Under the pieces are notes generated by a model that worked only from the letters and a program-made list of their open reading frames with translations, had not been told where the DNA came from and ran no database searches. Shown here in pieces: positions 13,981-27,364 of a DNA stretch of 64,000 nucleotides (its first letter is position 1; each line of letters starts with the position of its first letter). This DNA comes from Camelus ferus. Its lineage: Eukaryota. The stretch lies in the NCBI RefSeq assembly GCF_009834535.1, contig NC_045697.1, positions 79,300,001-79,364,000 of the forward strand. Reading direction: 5' to 3'. The translations under genes and the position numbers were made by a program.

Positions 13981-14370
13981 TGACAGAGAATCATGGGAGG
14001 GTGTCATAGTGAGTCTGACTCTATCTTTGATGTTTAGCCACTGACAGCTGTCAGGCCCCAGCTGCTTCCTCCTTTGTCCCACATCTGAACAGGCTGGGTA
14101 TTTTTTAAGCCCCTGCCCAGCTTGTGGGAACCTTTACCCCAGCCCCACACCCTAATCAAAATAAAAACTAAAGCTACTGACCACTGCCTTTGCTCAAGTC
14201 CAATGAACCAGCTTGTGTGCCCTCCCTGCCCTCCTCATGTAAGCCTTGTTATATGAGCACTAAATTTTTTCATACCTTCTTAGTGCACGTTAGAGTCATC
14301 TGTTTCAACATCCAAACCAATTTTGGGCGGATGGGGTGGATCCCGCCCTTCCCGAGGTAACCACAAGACA
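13981..14370. mobile_element. Solo ERV-type LTR (family unassigned)
   Basis: TG...CA termini, LTR-like internal composition, AATAAA at ~14160. Confidence 0.45.
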
Positions 14371-14653
14371 GTGGGGGTAACACTGTAGTTAGTTAACCTG
14401 GGAAAGCCTTGGAGGCATAGAATTGAGGGTGAGCCCTGAAATAGGAGCCAGAGGGAGATGGATCCCAGACAGAAGGAATGGCAAGTGCAGATACCACGAA
14501 GCAAGAGAAGCCTGCTCTTATAAGGAACACAAATGAAGCTGCGTGGCAGAGCCCAGTTGGTAAGGGGAAGAGGTGGTGACGAGGCAGGAGTCAGTTCTGT
14601 GAAGTCTTGTGGTTTGCAGCAAGGAGTTTGAACCTTACTCGAAATGCAGGTAA

Positions 14654-15034
<381 letters not shown>

Positions 15035-15399
15035 TGAACATTAACAAAACAAAATATTTTTCTGTTGAGCTTTGTTAAGGAGATTTACAGTTGTATATCA
15101 TGACCGTTAACCACCGGGTTCTCGGTATTACTTCTGGCATCTGGCTCTCTGTTCAGCAGGACTCCGTGTGAGATAGTGACACCTTATTCTAAACCCACCC
15201 TGACACTTACCCATTCATTGCTCAGAAGGTATTCCTGAGTTTTACAAGCAAAGGTTATAGGACCCTAACCCTAACTATACTTTAAAATGCAAACTAATGT
15301 CTTTGAATTTTTTTAACAGAGAATAGTATTCTTGTAAATAATGAAGATAACTATTTGTATATTAATATATTATATATGTACACATGTAATATATAATAA

Positions 15400-15816
<417 letters not shown>

Positions 15817-16575
15817 TAAGCATCGGACCAGACACGTTTGGTAACTTCCTCTGAGTCTTGCTGTGTCCTCCCTCACAGCTAGACTCCTGGCATATATTTA
15901 GTGTTTCTATATTTATTTGTTGCTATCTACATATTTATTTCTATTGATCCATTTATTTCTACTGATATCTATTTTATTATATATTTAGCCTTTACCTGGT
16001 TCCGTAGCAAAGTTGAGATGGCCAAGTTGCTAATACGTAAAATCGTTTTCCTTCAGTTGAGTGAGAAAAGATTTCAATTAACTGTTTATGTCATAACCCT
16101 TATTCAAGAAACTGGGAAGCAACATTTGCTTTCTTACTTGATGTGTTCATTCTCTGTAATTCTGTGAGAACATTCTCATTACCTGAAGCATTGGGTTACA
16201 CATTTCCCTGAGCTGTGTCAACAGCGCTGCTGCCTACAATCCTTTTAACAACACAGATGGAATGGGGTGTGGGGACTCTGCTTGGGCCAATTCTTTATGC
16301 CTAAAGCAGTATGGACAAGTTAGTGTCGATAACCCAGCAAAGCCCACCTAAGAAATAGCTGAGTTCACATTATGCCCTTGTCCTCAGGATGTGATGACCT
16401 TCCAAGCCCAGTGGCATCCGGCTGAGAAGTATCTGCAGTGTCATAATAACAGTAACAATAATAATAAGCAGTGGTTCATATGGGGTGGGGGTGGCTGATC
16501 ATTGACTCTAGGCCCTGAGATGAGAGCAACAATTGTGAATTCTTAATCTGTGTTTTGTATGTGTTTTCCTTACAG

Positions 16576-16671
16576 GGTATTTCCACATCACTCGGTATAT
16601 TGGCAGACATCTTTGTTTCCATGAGCAAGAATGATTTTGAGAAGTTTAAAAACAATCCTGAAATTAACTTG
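16576..16671 (+). CDS. ALPK1: ALPK1 coding exon (exon 9 equivalent)
   Basis: ccttacag|GGT ... TTG|gtaatt; 96 nt; [32 protein letters not shown]. Confidence 0.96.
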
Positions 16672-18263
16672 GTAATTATCATTTGTCAAAACCATCATGC
16701 AGAGTGGCATCACCTAGAAAACTGTCACTGTTATTCTTGGTGCTTGGTTAGTTCTCTCTCCAGGAGTCAGGGAGCTTGGGGTCTCCCCTCTTTGAGTAAT
16801 GTGAGCAGTCCTGGGGACAGTTCCAATGGTGTGCTGTTTGGCTTTAATATCCCAGCATCTCGCACAGTACCAGGCCTACAGAGGATACTGAAAAAAAAAA
16901 AAAAAAGACTGGTGAATGAGTGAATGAATGAATGAAATCAGAGTGATAAATACTTTGAACCTCATGATTTCCTTTCAAATTATCACAACATTTAGTTTCC
17001 ACACTTGGGCTATCTCAATGATAAAGCAGGGGGGTAATAATTTTAAAACCTTAATTACCATCTGTTCAAATCAGAGCGTCAGTCACTTGTCCAGGCTCTT
17101 ATCCGTAATAATAAAGATTATGAACATTTGAATTATTATGAACATAATTGAATAATTATGAATTATTTATTGCTCTGTAACTCAAAAAGCATATGTATAT
17201 GTGTGTATGATCCACATATACCTACAAGATAAGCAGAGCAAAATGTTTTATTCCCATTTTAGAGAAAAATAAACTAAGGTTCAAAGAAACTAAGTGACCT
17301 CTTCAGTTTCCACAACCAGTGAGAAAGAGAACTGGGAGCAAAAGCCAGTCTCTAAACAGTCTGGAGCGTTAGCACAGGCATTGACTGCTGTCCTGCCCTG
17401 CACTGAAATTGAGGTTTTTTAATCATATCATCAGTATTGCCTTTTTTAAAACTACCAAAGCAACAGTAGTAACTGTACTCAACACTAGTTAGTGTAGCAC
17501 AAGAACACATACAGCTTGCTGCTAGCAGTCTGAATCTTAGCAAAATGTTGCTTTTGCTGTCAGGCAGACCGAAACACAAGAGAAGGGTTATATCCCCCGT
17601 TCAGTGAAGTTGTCTCTGATGACTGTTTAAAACTGCAAACTGCCCTTCCACCCTGGTCCTCCTGCCCCTTCCCACTTTATATTTGTCTGCAACCCTTATC
17701 GCCATCTTGAATACTATGCCTTTTACATATTTGGTGTATTGACTGATCCCCTCCCCTCAAAAGAAAACAAGTTCATTGCAGGCTCACAGTCTGCACTCTC
17801 TTTTGTGGCTAGACCAGTACATAGCACATGGAGGTACTCAATACGTATTTCCAGAATAAATGAATGAATCTTAATTGCCGTGAAATCATACATTAAAGGT
17901 CTCTTTACCAAGAACAATGCAGAAATCATCAGTGAATCTGACTATAAAACATGCAGAGTTCTGCAAACAAAGAACTGCACAATCCTCCAAAGAAACTTGC
18001 CTGAATTATTTTGCACAGGCAGGCATTGTGAATGTTTACACATATTAGGCCTTCTCTGCAGTGCGGGTTGGGGATGGATGGTGTATGGGTGTAGGGGAGA
18101 CCTGGACAGTCTTTTGACCCACTTACTCTCTCTGAAATGATTGGGATGAGGGGCAGGGCATCCCTCAGCATCCTGAAAGAAAAGCAAAGGAATTGTACGG
18201 CCTGTCTTTTGCTAATGGATAAATAACTGTCAGCAATGCACTCAGCCTCCTGTTTTCTCACAG

Positions 18264-18368
18264 GGCTTGCTGAAGGAGTTTGACCATCATCTGCTGTCAG
18301 CCGCGGAGGCCTGCAAGCTGGCAGCTGCCTTCAGTCCCTACACGCCCCTCTTCGTGCTCACGGCCATG
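18264..18368 (+). CDS. ALPK1: ALPK1 coding exon (exon 10 equivalent)
   Basis: ctcacag|GGC ... ATG|gtaaat; 105 nt; [35 protein letters not shown]. Confidence 0.96.
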
Positions 18369-18584
18369 GTAAATAGACTACAGCCCTTCATCGCTCCTCT
18401 CCCCAGTGTCAGACGTAACCAGTGGAGGGGAAGGTCTAACCTTAAAATAGGCTTGGTGCACATCATTAGATCGCTGTGGTCAGACTTCACATATGTCAAG
18501 GTTTTATCAGTCAGAGTGGTGACACTCTGGTGGTAGCTAAGTCAGTGCTGTTGGAGGATATGATGTTATCTGCTCCAGAACAGC

Positions 18585-18752
18585 AGTTCCCAGGCACACC
18601 AGAATCACCTAAAAGCCCTTTCAAAATACATCTTTCTAGGCTCTACCCTCAATCCACTCAGTGTAAACCCCTGGGATTTCTACTCAGAAATCTTTCATTC
18701 TGAAATACTGCCCAGGTGATTCAAATGCACAAAAGGGTTTGGAAGCCACTAT
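18585..18752. mobile_element. MER5-like hAT-Charlie DNA transposon remnant
   Basis: 'ccagaatcacct...ccaggtgattcaaatgcac...tttggaagccact'. Confidence 0.65.
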
Positions 18753-19094
18753 TCTATTATTTTGACTATTATTAAATAAATGATGTATTTGTATATAGCA
18801 AAATTACCATGTCCACGTTCCATGTATAGACTGTGCTTGCTGACGCTAACAGCAGCACAGCAACAACGAATGTGTCATCAGGGCCAGTCACGTGCATCCT
18901 GGTCCCTTCTCCTGATGCACCAAAAAGACCTTGGGTCCTTGATTCAATGTTTGTATATTTTTCTTAGAATATGCATGGCACAGTTTTTTTTTTTTATTAT
19001 TTCTAGTGATTGTCCTCCAGGAATGAGACGTTTTCCCTGATTCATCTCCAGTTTTTAATTCAATGTCTGATTTTGTATTTGGTATTTTCCTCAG

Positions 19095-21228
19095 AATATT
19101 CGTGGCACATGCCTGTTGTCATATAGTAGTTCTAATGACTGTCCTGTAGGAGTGAAAAATTCATATCTGTGTGAAGCCAAAGAGGCCTTTGAGATTGGCC
19201 TCCTCACCAAGAAGCGTGATGAAACAGTTACTGGGAAACAGGAGCTCCATAGTTTTCTCAAAGCTGGTTTTGGCCTCACCACAGTGCACCAGAGACTCCA
19301 TGGGGAAACAGAGACAGTCCACGCAGCACGTCAGCTCTGTAGTGAAGCCATGGGAAAGCTGTACACTTTCAGTATGTCCTCCAGAAGTCAAGAGAGAGAA
19401 GCTATCTCTCAGGAAATTATGTCTGTTATCACTCGGGTGAAGGAACATTTACAAGTTCAAGGCTTCTCAAATTTAGATGGCAAGTCTTATGTTCCAGAGG
19501 GTTTCAGCTGTGGGTTGGAGAAACTCATCTTGCATGGGCAAGTGGATTTCCAAAAAATTCTTGAAACCTATTCACAGCACCATACTTCAGTGTGTGAAAT
19601 ATTTAAAAGCACTTGTGGAAACAACAAAAATAAACAGAAAGATACAAAAGTGGGAGTCTGCATCACTGATCTAAAAACAGAAACAAAAAACATAGATACT
19701 ATGAGTACTACTGAGGACAAACCACGTTTTGAAAAAGGCATGGTAGTATCTTCCTCCCAAATGGCTAAGAATGGTCAGGAGAAACTCAGAAGGGTAGGAA
19801 GGAGAAACTGGACCCGTTCTGATGTATTTCGAGTCTCCGTGGATGAAGAGGTGGAGGCTGAGGCTGAGTCACCAGACCACAGCAATGGTGGGGGAGCTGT
19901 CTTGAACAAGTCTCTGAGTAACAGCCAGACCTCCAGTTCTTGGAGCAAGTTATCAGAGTTTAGTTCTTCTACAAGTTGGGAGGAAGTGAATTATCATGTT
20001 GATGATAGGTCAACTAGAAGAGAGCCTAGCAAGGAAGAACGTCTTGTGGACACACAGTGTTCCACGGCCCTGTCGGAAGAGCTGGAGATCACTGGGGAGA
20101 GCAGAGCTGTGCATCCACTGTCTTCAGAGCTTCGTGATCTCTCTCTCCAGGTGTCCAAGGATGACAGTTTAGAGTCTTCTCAAAGTCAGCTACACAAACA
20201 CATGCCCTTGACAACCTTCCCTCCTCGTAGCACAACAGGCACTTTGTTGGCCACGGGTGCAGGTATGTTAGAAGATGCTCCAGAAGGTATGCAGGACTTC
20301 AGACATGCAGGGTCCAGAAATACTTCTGCTTGCCCCAGATCCTCCTCTGGTTCTGCTTCTTGGTCTTCTGATTCTGCTTGGCCCAAAAAAAAGGCCACAG
20401 ATCCTTCAATCCAAGAAGAAGAAACCTTTGAAATAATTGATAAGTTTCCAGAAATCAACTGTGACACCAAAGACAGACATGGAGAAGAGAAGGGAGAAGA
20501 AATCAAAGGAGACATAGGCCCTGCATTTAAAGATAGCCCCTGCTGGGTTGACCCAGAAGGAGAAACAGCAGAACGAGCAGAAGACGTGCCCTTAGACTTA
20601 CGTGCAGTCGTGGGCGACTCTTTCGGCCGAAGCTCCACAGTAGCATGTGGCTCTTCCACTCCTCATTGGCCTGGTCAAAATCCTGACTCTGGGAAAAGCG
20701 GTGGCTCAGTCAAAGGGCAGAGCGTTGACCCGGACGCCTCCACAGTGGATGAGGAGAGCCAACTGCTGGACGGCGCGGATGTTCATGCCACCAGCACACA
20801 TGGCTCTTACCGACCTTGTGCTCTGAGACCGCTGTGCGGTCTGCAGGCCAAGATCCCTAATTCCTCAGTAAGAGGTGACATTTCCATCCCTGTCCTCAGC
20901 GAGGACTGTGCTACCACAGAGGAAGCAGATGAACCTGGAAACCTGCTACACTGCAGCCAGAACTCCAGCTCGTCTGCGGCATGGTGGTTGAAATCACCTG
21001 CACTTTCCAGTGGTTCTTCTGAGGGAGAAAACCCATGGTCCCTTCTGAATTCCAGTGGAAGTTCTTTTGTTTCATTGCCAGGAACAACAAGGCAAGAGAT
21101 CCTTGAGGCTCGCACTCTGCAGCCTGATGACTTTGAAAAACTCTTGGCCGGGGTGAGGCATGACTGGCTGTCCCAGAGACTGGAGAATACAGGAGTTTTC
21201 AAGTCCGGTCAACTCTATGGAGCACACA
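19095..21228 (+). CDS. ALPK1: ALPK1 giant coding exon (exon 11 equivalent): end of N-terminal domain, long Ser-rich linker, start of kinase region
   Basis: cctcag|AAT ... CACA|gtaagt; 2134 nt, open frame (the 725-aa ORF 19116-21293); [16 protein letters not shown]...[16 protein letters not shown]. Confidence 0.97.
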
Positions 21229-21536
21229 GTAAGTACAACATTTCAGGAAGCATCTCTGTGCGTTTGGGGCCCTCTGGAGCTCTTGTTGTATAGATCACTT
21301 AAAGCTCATAAAAGACACAGACCCCTGTTACACTTTGTGAAGATACAGAGAAATGTGTACTTCAGGGGCCTCCTTCATTGTTTGTGTGTTGGACTCTAAA
21401 GGTTGCAAAGAACAGAGGCTCACTCAAGCCACCTCATACATTGAGGATTGTTGTAAAGACACACAAGGCAGTAAGGAAGCCGAGAATCTTACAGGACTCG
21501 GGAATAGTCATCAGTCAGGTTTAAAACAGCTCAGGG

Positions 21537-21609
21537 AGAATAAAAAATGTTAAAAAAAAAATAATAATAAAATAAAATAAAATATTCAAAACTTCAAAAA
21601 AAAAAAAAA
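21537..21609 (+). mobile_element. Extremely 5'-truncated retrotransposition event (A-rich tail only) with perfect 14-bp TSD
   Basis: aaaacagctcaggg at 21523-21536 and 21610-21623; TT/AAAA endonuclease site; poly(A). Confidence 0.8.
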
Positions 21610-22099
21610 AAAACAGCTCAGGGTGTCATATCCACTCAGCATCTGTCCTCTCCATTGATTCTCACTACCAATCAGCTGATTTTTTTTTTCACATTCCAGT
21701 CCTAGGCGGACAGAATGTGACCTAGTTGCACATTATCCTTTCTAGTGGGCAGAGATTTTCACACCTGTCCACCTAAGTGGTTTCTTACCAGCCAATGGAC
21801 TGATCCAGTGCCCTGTCCTGTTGCAATTAGCAACTGCTTCCTGCTTAGAGACCCACCTGCGGTCTCTTCCCAAAGCAGGGAGCCTGGGCTGGGGTCACCC
21901 AGCAGTCAGTGCATCTAATACAGCTTAGAAGTGGTGGAGAAGCTTGGAAGAAAACAAAACAAAGTTCTTCTCTTAGCCCAGAAGATCACAATGTAATGCC
22001 CTCCAAGATACTGAAGAATTATTTGAGTGAGAAAAAACTATTGCAGAATGCATTTCAGAGGGAACAACTGTGTGGATTGCTAAGCACTGGGTACTAAAA

Positions 22100-22280
22100 T
22101 AGTAGTTCTCAACACTGGCACTGCATGAGAAGCCCCACAGGGGCTTTTTAGCTTTTCAAAACTTCCAGTGCCTCACCCCAGAATTTCAATCTAATGGCTC
22201 TGCGGAATGGACACAGGCATCCGTATTTTTTAAGAGCTCCCCAGTGATTTCATGTAAAGCCAATGTGGAGAATTTCTGTT
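22100..22280. mobile_element. MER5-like DNA transposon remnant
   Basis: 'tagtagttctcaacactggc...gagctccccagtgatt...gtggagaatttctg'. Confidence 0.55.
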
Positions 22281-23498
22281 TCAGAGTACTTCAGTGTTTT
22301 GCCTGCCGCCACGAAGTCAGGCTAAAATACAGATTAGGTTGTTGCCAAAAGAAGCAAAATTTTCTAATAAAAGGGTTTCTCTGCTGATTGCAGTTTGAGA
22401 ATCACATTTCTGAAAGTTAGGTAGCTGCTTTATTGTTTTGTCTGTGTGTCAATGTCTGGGTAAGTAAAACATGATGGAGAAAGCAAGACCCAAAGCTGAA
22501 GAAACAGAACTAGGGGTACTTCCCTTGCTTCTTCCCCCCAGTTCACTGCCCTCTCTACGTGTGTGTACAAACAGCTCACCTTCCATCTCCTTCTCCAGCT
22601 TCTCTGATTAAGTCGCCCACTCTGGTCACCATCTCTCCCAACCCCAGTCATCTCCCTCCCCCATCCCAGACCAATGGGTTTATCTCACTTTAAGTATTTT
22701 CTGTCCTGAGTTTCCTGTTCATTTATCCTTTGTCACAACCTAGACACAGGAGATCCTCGTTCACTTCATTTTAACTTGGATCCCAAAATGTTGCATTTCT
22801 TCCTTAGTGTTCATGTTGGTCTTCCCTCTCAAACAGATGCTTTCTTGCTAGCACTGGTCTTCCTTTCTTTAAGGTGGAAACAGCCCTTATTTTTCCTTTT
22901 ATCCTTTCCTTTTTCAGTTGAGTGTGCATCTTTGTACAGTAGCTATATTTTCTCAGTAATTCCTGGACCTTCCCAATTTAAACAAAATATGTGAGAGAAA
23001 ATTAAGGTGTATTTGCATATGTAATCTAGAAACCCTGGAGTTGCCAGGAGCCTCTGGGATAAAATTACTCCATTTATTTTTATCTGTGTGACCTGGCATA
23101 AGTGGCAGCCTCTATTATTTGAGGTCCCCAGATGATTAGAAGATGTAAGCACTTTTCAGTTGTTCCAAGATGGTCTTTGGGGTTTTGCTGTTTTAAAAGC
23201 CCTTTATTTTTCATTACTTTCATACAGAAGTTCTGGCCTTAACACCTTGCCATCACAAACGAGATTTTGTGAACCAAAGGCTATTCTTCATTGTAATTTC
23301 TAAAGCTTTACCTTTGTATTGTACTTCAGTAATTTTTAGTAATAGTCATAGAGAAGGATAAAATTTGAGAAAATATATAAAGAAGTTGAAGATTTCAGAT
23401 GAGCTGGATTGGTATCTGTGTTCCTTCAATTTATCTATGAATTGTAACATCCTTTTGAAAAATAAGATCAGTACTTCATCTTATCTTTTTTTTCCCAG

Positions 23499-23652
23499 AT
23501 GCTCTTTTGTTAAAATATTCCAAGAAATCTGAACTGTGGACAGCCCAGGAAACTGTTGTCTATTTGGGGGACTATCTGAATGTGAAGAAGAAAGGCAGAC
23601 AAAGAAATGCATTTTGGGTTCATCATCTTCATCAAGAAGAAACTCTGGGAAG
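23499..23652 (+). CDS. ALPK1: ALPK1 coding exon (exon 12 equivalent), alpha-kinase N-lobe
   Basis: tttcccag|AT ... GGAAG|gtattg; 154 nt; (N)[50 protein letters not shown](R); not in the ORF track. Confidence 0.96.
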
Positions 23653-24569
23653 GTATTGCTTAAAAAAAAATCTCTATCATTAATGTAAAATGGACTAATC
23701 TCCCCCTTCTGTTAAGTTACTGTTTATGAGACTTCAAAAGGACTGGGGAAAATGGCTTAAAGTGTATGTTTTCATAATTTGACTCCTTTTTCCTCGTCCT
23801 CATTAATAACAGGTACCACATATGGAGGACCCACATTATGTCAGCCATTGGGCTGGATGTTTTATATACATGATTTCAAACCCATTAGGGAACATTAACC
23901 TCATTGCACAAATCAGAAAAACAGAGTTCCTGGCCATATGATAGGGCAGAGAGTCTTAAACACTCCTCACTAAAAATGGTGGCAAAAAAGGCGAGTTAAA
24001 CCATGAAAGCCACACTTCTAATTAAATGGGTGAGCCTACAAAAAGGCAGAAAAATCCTCTGAGGCCAGGGAGGAAGCATATCCAGGGATATAAATGAACA
24101 CTGAACCCTTAAGACACCCGGCGTAGACGTTCTGGGCAGGGGCGGAGTGCAGGAGCAGCTAGTGACCAAAGTCACACCTGGAAGGGAACGAGCATAGTGT
24201 CCACCATATAAAGCAGAGACTCAGGAATGGCTCCATCCTCAAGAAAAAGATTAGCTTAAAATATGTCACCCAGCTGAGGCAAATAACCTGGAAAATTTTT
24301 GTTTGGCCTTAGTTCTTGATGACAACTTTAAGCAAAAACTCACCTGAAAATTAGTGATCACAGGTGGTCCTCACTGGGCTTAAGACCTAATTTTATACCG
24401 TATGTGTAGTTTAAGCCAAGCACCTATAAGCCAAGACTTTTAAAGTAGATCCTGTTGTTTACCTAAATCCAAATAATCTAAGAAATAAGTAGGACAAGAA
24501 AAAAAGAGAGAAATCGGGTGACTCTTAAATAGTAGAAGTACATTTCTTGGAAAGGTGGTTGATAACTAT

Positions 24570-24770
24570 AACAATAATGGTAAACATGTAAATTTCTTAC
24601 TATATGCCAAGAAGCCCTGCTTTAAGCCATTTATATACTAATTTAATTAATCCTCACAAAACCCTATGAGGTAGATGCTATTATTATCCCCATTTTACAG
24701 ATGAGGGAACTGAGACACAGAGATGTTAAGAAACTTGCCCCAATTCACACAGCAAAGTGATGGAGCCAAT
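24570..24770. mobile_element. MIR SINE
   Basis: 'aatcctcacaaaaccctatgaggtagatgctattattatccccattttacagatgagggaactgagacacagagatgttaag'. Confidence 0.85.
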
Positions 24771-24771
24771 T

Positions 24772-25176
24772 CTTATGGGTAAATTGTGTCCCCACCACCA
24801 CCAAATTCAGATGTTGAAGTTATAACCCCAAGTACCTCAGACTGTGATCTTATTTGGAAATAGAATTATTACAGCTATAATTAGTTAAGATGAGATCATA
24901 CTAAGATAGGGTAGTCCACTATGACTGGTATCCTTATAAAAAGAGGAAATTTGGAGATAGACACACACAGGGAGAATGCATGTGAAAATTGTAGTTATGC
25001 TGCCACAAAGCAGGAACTACCTGAAGCCAGGAGAGAGGCCTGGAAAAGATTCTTCTGAGTGCCTTCAGAGAGGGCAGGGCTCTGCTGACTCCCTGATCTT
25101 GGACTTACAGACTCTAGAATTGTGAAGCCACCCAGTTTGTGGCACTTTGTTACAACAATCCTAAGCAACTGATACA
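24772..25176 (+). mobile_element. MLT1 (B/C-like) MaLR solo LTR
   Basis: 'aattgtgtcccc...atgttgaagttataaccccaagtacctcagactgtgatcttatttggaaatag...aagccacccagtttgtggcactttgttac...gataca'. Confidence 0.85.
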
Positions 25177-25609
25177 CCAGGATATATCATAGGAGGATCT
25201 GAGATGGGAGATAAAAGAGAGAAGTGACTTGGAAGATGGAGTGAAAGGGTCTATCGTATGTCTGATCAGGAAATGATAACAGAGCAAATAGAAAAAAAAA
25301 TGACTGTTTTAATAGATAATTTCTGATAATTTCCCAGAATTGCCAAAATACATTAACATTCAAATACAAGAATTGCAATGAATCCCAAGTAGGATGGAAA
25401 GGGAAGGAGGGAAGAAACTAGAAGAAAGGAAGGCAGGCAGGCAGTCATAAATCCACTGCCAGCTACACAGTCGTCAAACCTCAGCACACCAAGGACAAAG
25501 AAACAATCTTAAGAGCAATCAAAGAAAAAAGAGAGTTTACTGCTAACAAATCTTTACTAAAGAAAAATGATGCCAGAAAAATGGTGTAAGATGCCAGAAG
25601 GAATGGGCT

Positions 25610-25921
25610 TCTGTTCCCAGACTGATGATCCGGTACATCAGGTTGGAGGTCCTCTGGCAGAATGTTCAGGAAATGCTCCAGTTCCAGAGCCACAGGGGTT
25701 GCTCACAGTTCTGAGCTGGTTCAGAGCCTCTGCATGCCCAGAGGTGTCCCCATACCAGAAATGCCTGAAGCCCTGGCAGATGCCCCTGTCATGACAGCCA
25801 CTCCTGGGCAGGCTGCCTTCCAATGCCATGCAGCCTCCTCCTGTGCAGCCTCTGTGGCCAGATTTCCTTTCTGATCCTTAGGAGTCTGAATGGCCAAAAC
25901 TGCAGCCAACTTGGTTTCCAT
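25610..25921 (-). pseudogene. Degenerate SCAN-domain (ZSCAN/ZKSCAN-type zinc-finger gene) pseudogene fragment
   Basis: Three frameshifted minus-strand segments, METKLAAVLAIQTPKDQKGNL / ICQGFRHFWYGDTSGHAEALNQLR / LEHFLNILPEDLQ..VPDHQSGN, colinear with the SCAN consensus FRQFCYQETxGPREALSxLRELC...LEQFLxILPEELQxWVxEHxPE. Confidence 0.85.
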
Positions 25922-26469
25922 TATCACTTTGGGCTCAGAAATTTCTGGAGAGAGTTGGCTCTGGTTGAGGTCTGTGACTCTGAAAATTCCCTTTGATTGT
26001 TGAAAGTCACTCTGGACACATGTGAATTACTTACAAATTTACACCAGCTGATAGCAAATATTAACTACAGTAAAGTGTAACACTTGCTGTTCACTCCTTT
26101 CAACACTTAGTCATTTACTGTCTTACGTCTTCTGTTCCCGGCTGTGCATAAGCCGTTGAAATGTACAAATCATTCCTCACACTTTCTTTAAATAAAGCAC
26201 CCCGGGACTAGCACAGTTTTGTGCACATAATAGGTGATGAGGGGAAACAAGTGTTTGTAGAGATGAAGTCATCATAAAAGGAAAGGATAGAGGAAGGTTT
26301 CAGGTTGATGAATTGACCCGAATAAGGCATTGCTTCAGAGAGCAAAAGGTCATTTCCAGCGTCCGTACACTTTCCAGTATGCATGCTCGCTCCCTTGACT
26401 TACCAAACAAGTCTGGTGAACTGCATTAAGTGGACACTTTCTCTTTATAACCATATCATCCTGGGTCAT

Positions 26470-26950
26470 TGTATTAGTCAGCATTCTCCAGAAAAACAGA
26501 ACCAATAGGACATGTATACATGAAGACAGAGATTTATTATTAGGGACTGACTTGGATGATTACGGAGGCTGACAAGTCGCAGCAGCTGCCGCTGGCAAGC
26601 TGGAGGTTCAGGAGAGCTGACGATGGAGTTCCAGCCCAAAGAGCAGGTTCAAGACCCAGGGAGAGGTCATGCTTCAGTTCAGGTCCAAAAGCAGGAAAAG
26701 ATCTGTGTCCCAGATCAAAGACAGAGGAGTTCTCTCTTACTTTGGAGGTCAGCCTTTTGTTCCATTTGGTCCTTTAACTGGTTGGATGAGGCCCCCTCAT
26801 ATTAGGGAAGGCAGTCTGCTTTACTCAGTCTGTTGATTTAGATGTTACGCTCATCCAAGATCACCCTCACAAAAACACCCAGAATAATGTTTGACCAAAT
26901 ATTTGGGCACCCTCTGGCCAAGTCAAGATGCTGCACAAACGTCACCATCA
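26470..26950. mobile_element. MLT2-type ERVL solo LTR
   Basis: Starts 'tgtattagtcagcattctccagaaaaacagaaccaatagga', ends 'accatca'. Confidence 0.85.
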
Positions 26951-27037
26951 GTCGGCTAGTATGAATTGTGTTCCATCGTTCAGGTGGCTCTTACAAAATT
27001 ATTTGAGTCATGAGATAAGATAATTAATATTGACTAA

Positions 27038-27364
<327 letters not shown>

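Noticed and set aside
20186..21202. Antisense ORFs of 157 and 131 aa inside ALPK1 exon 11
   Set aside because: Shadow frames of a long coding exon; no recognisable homology.
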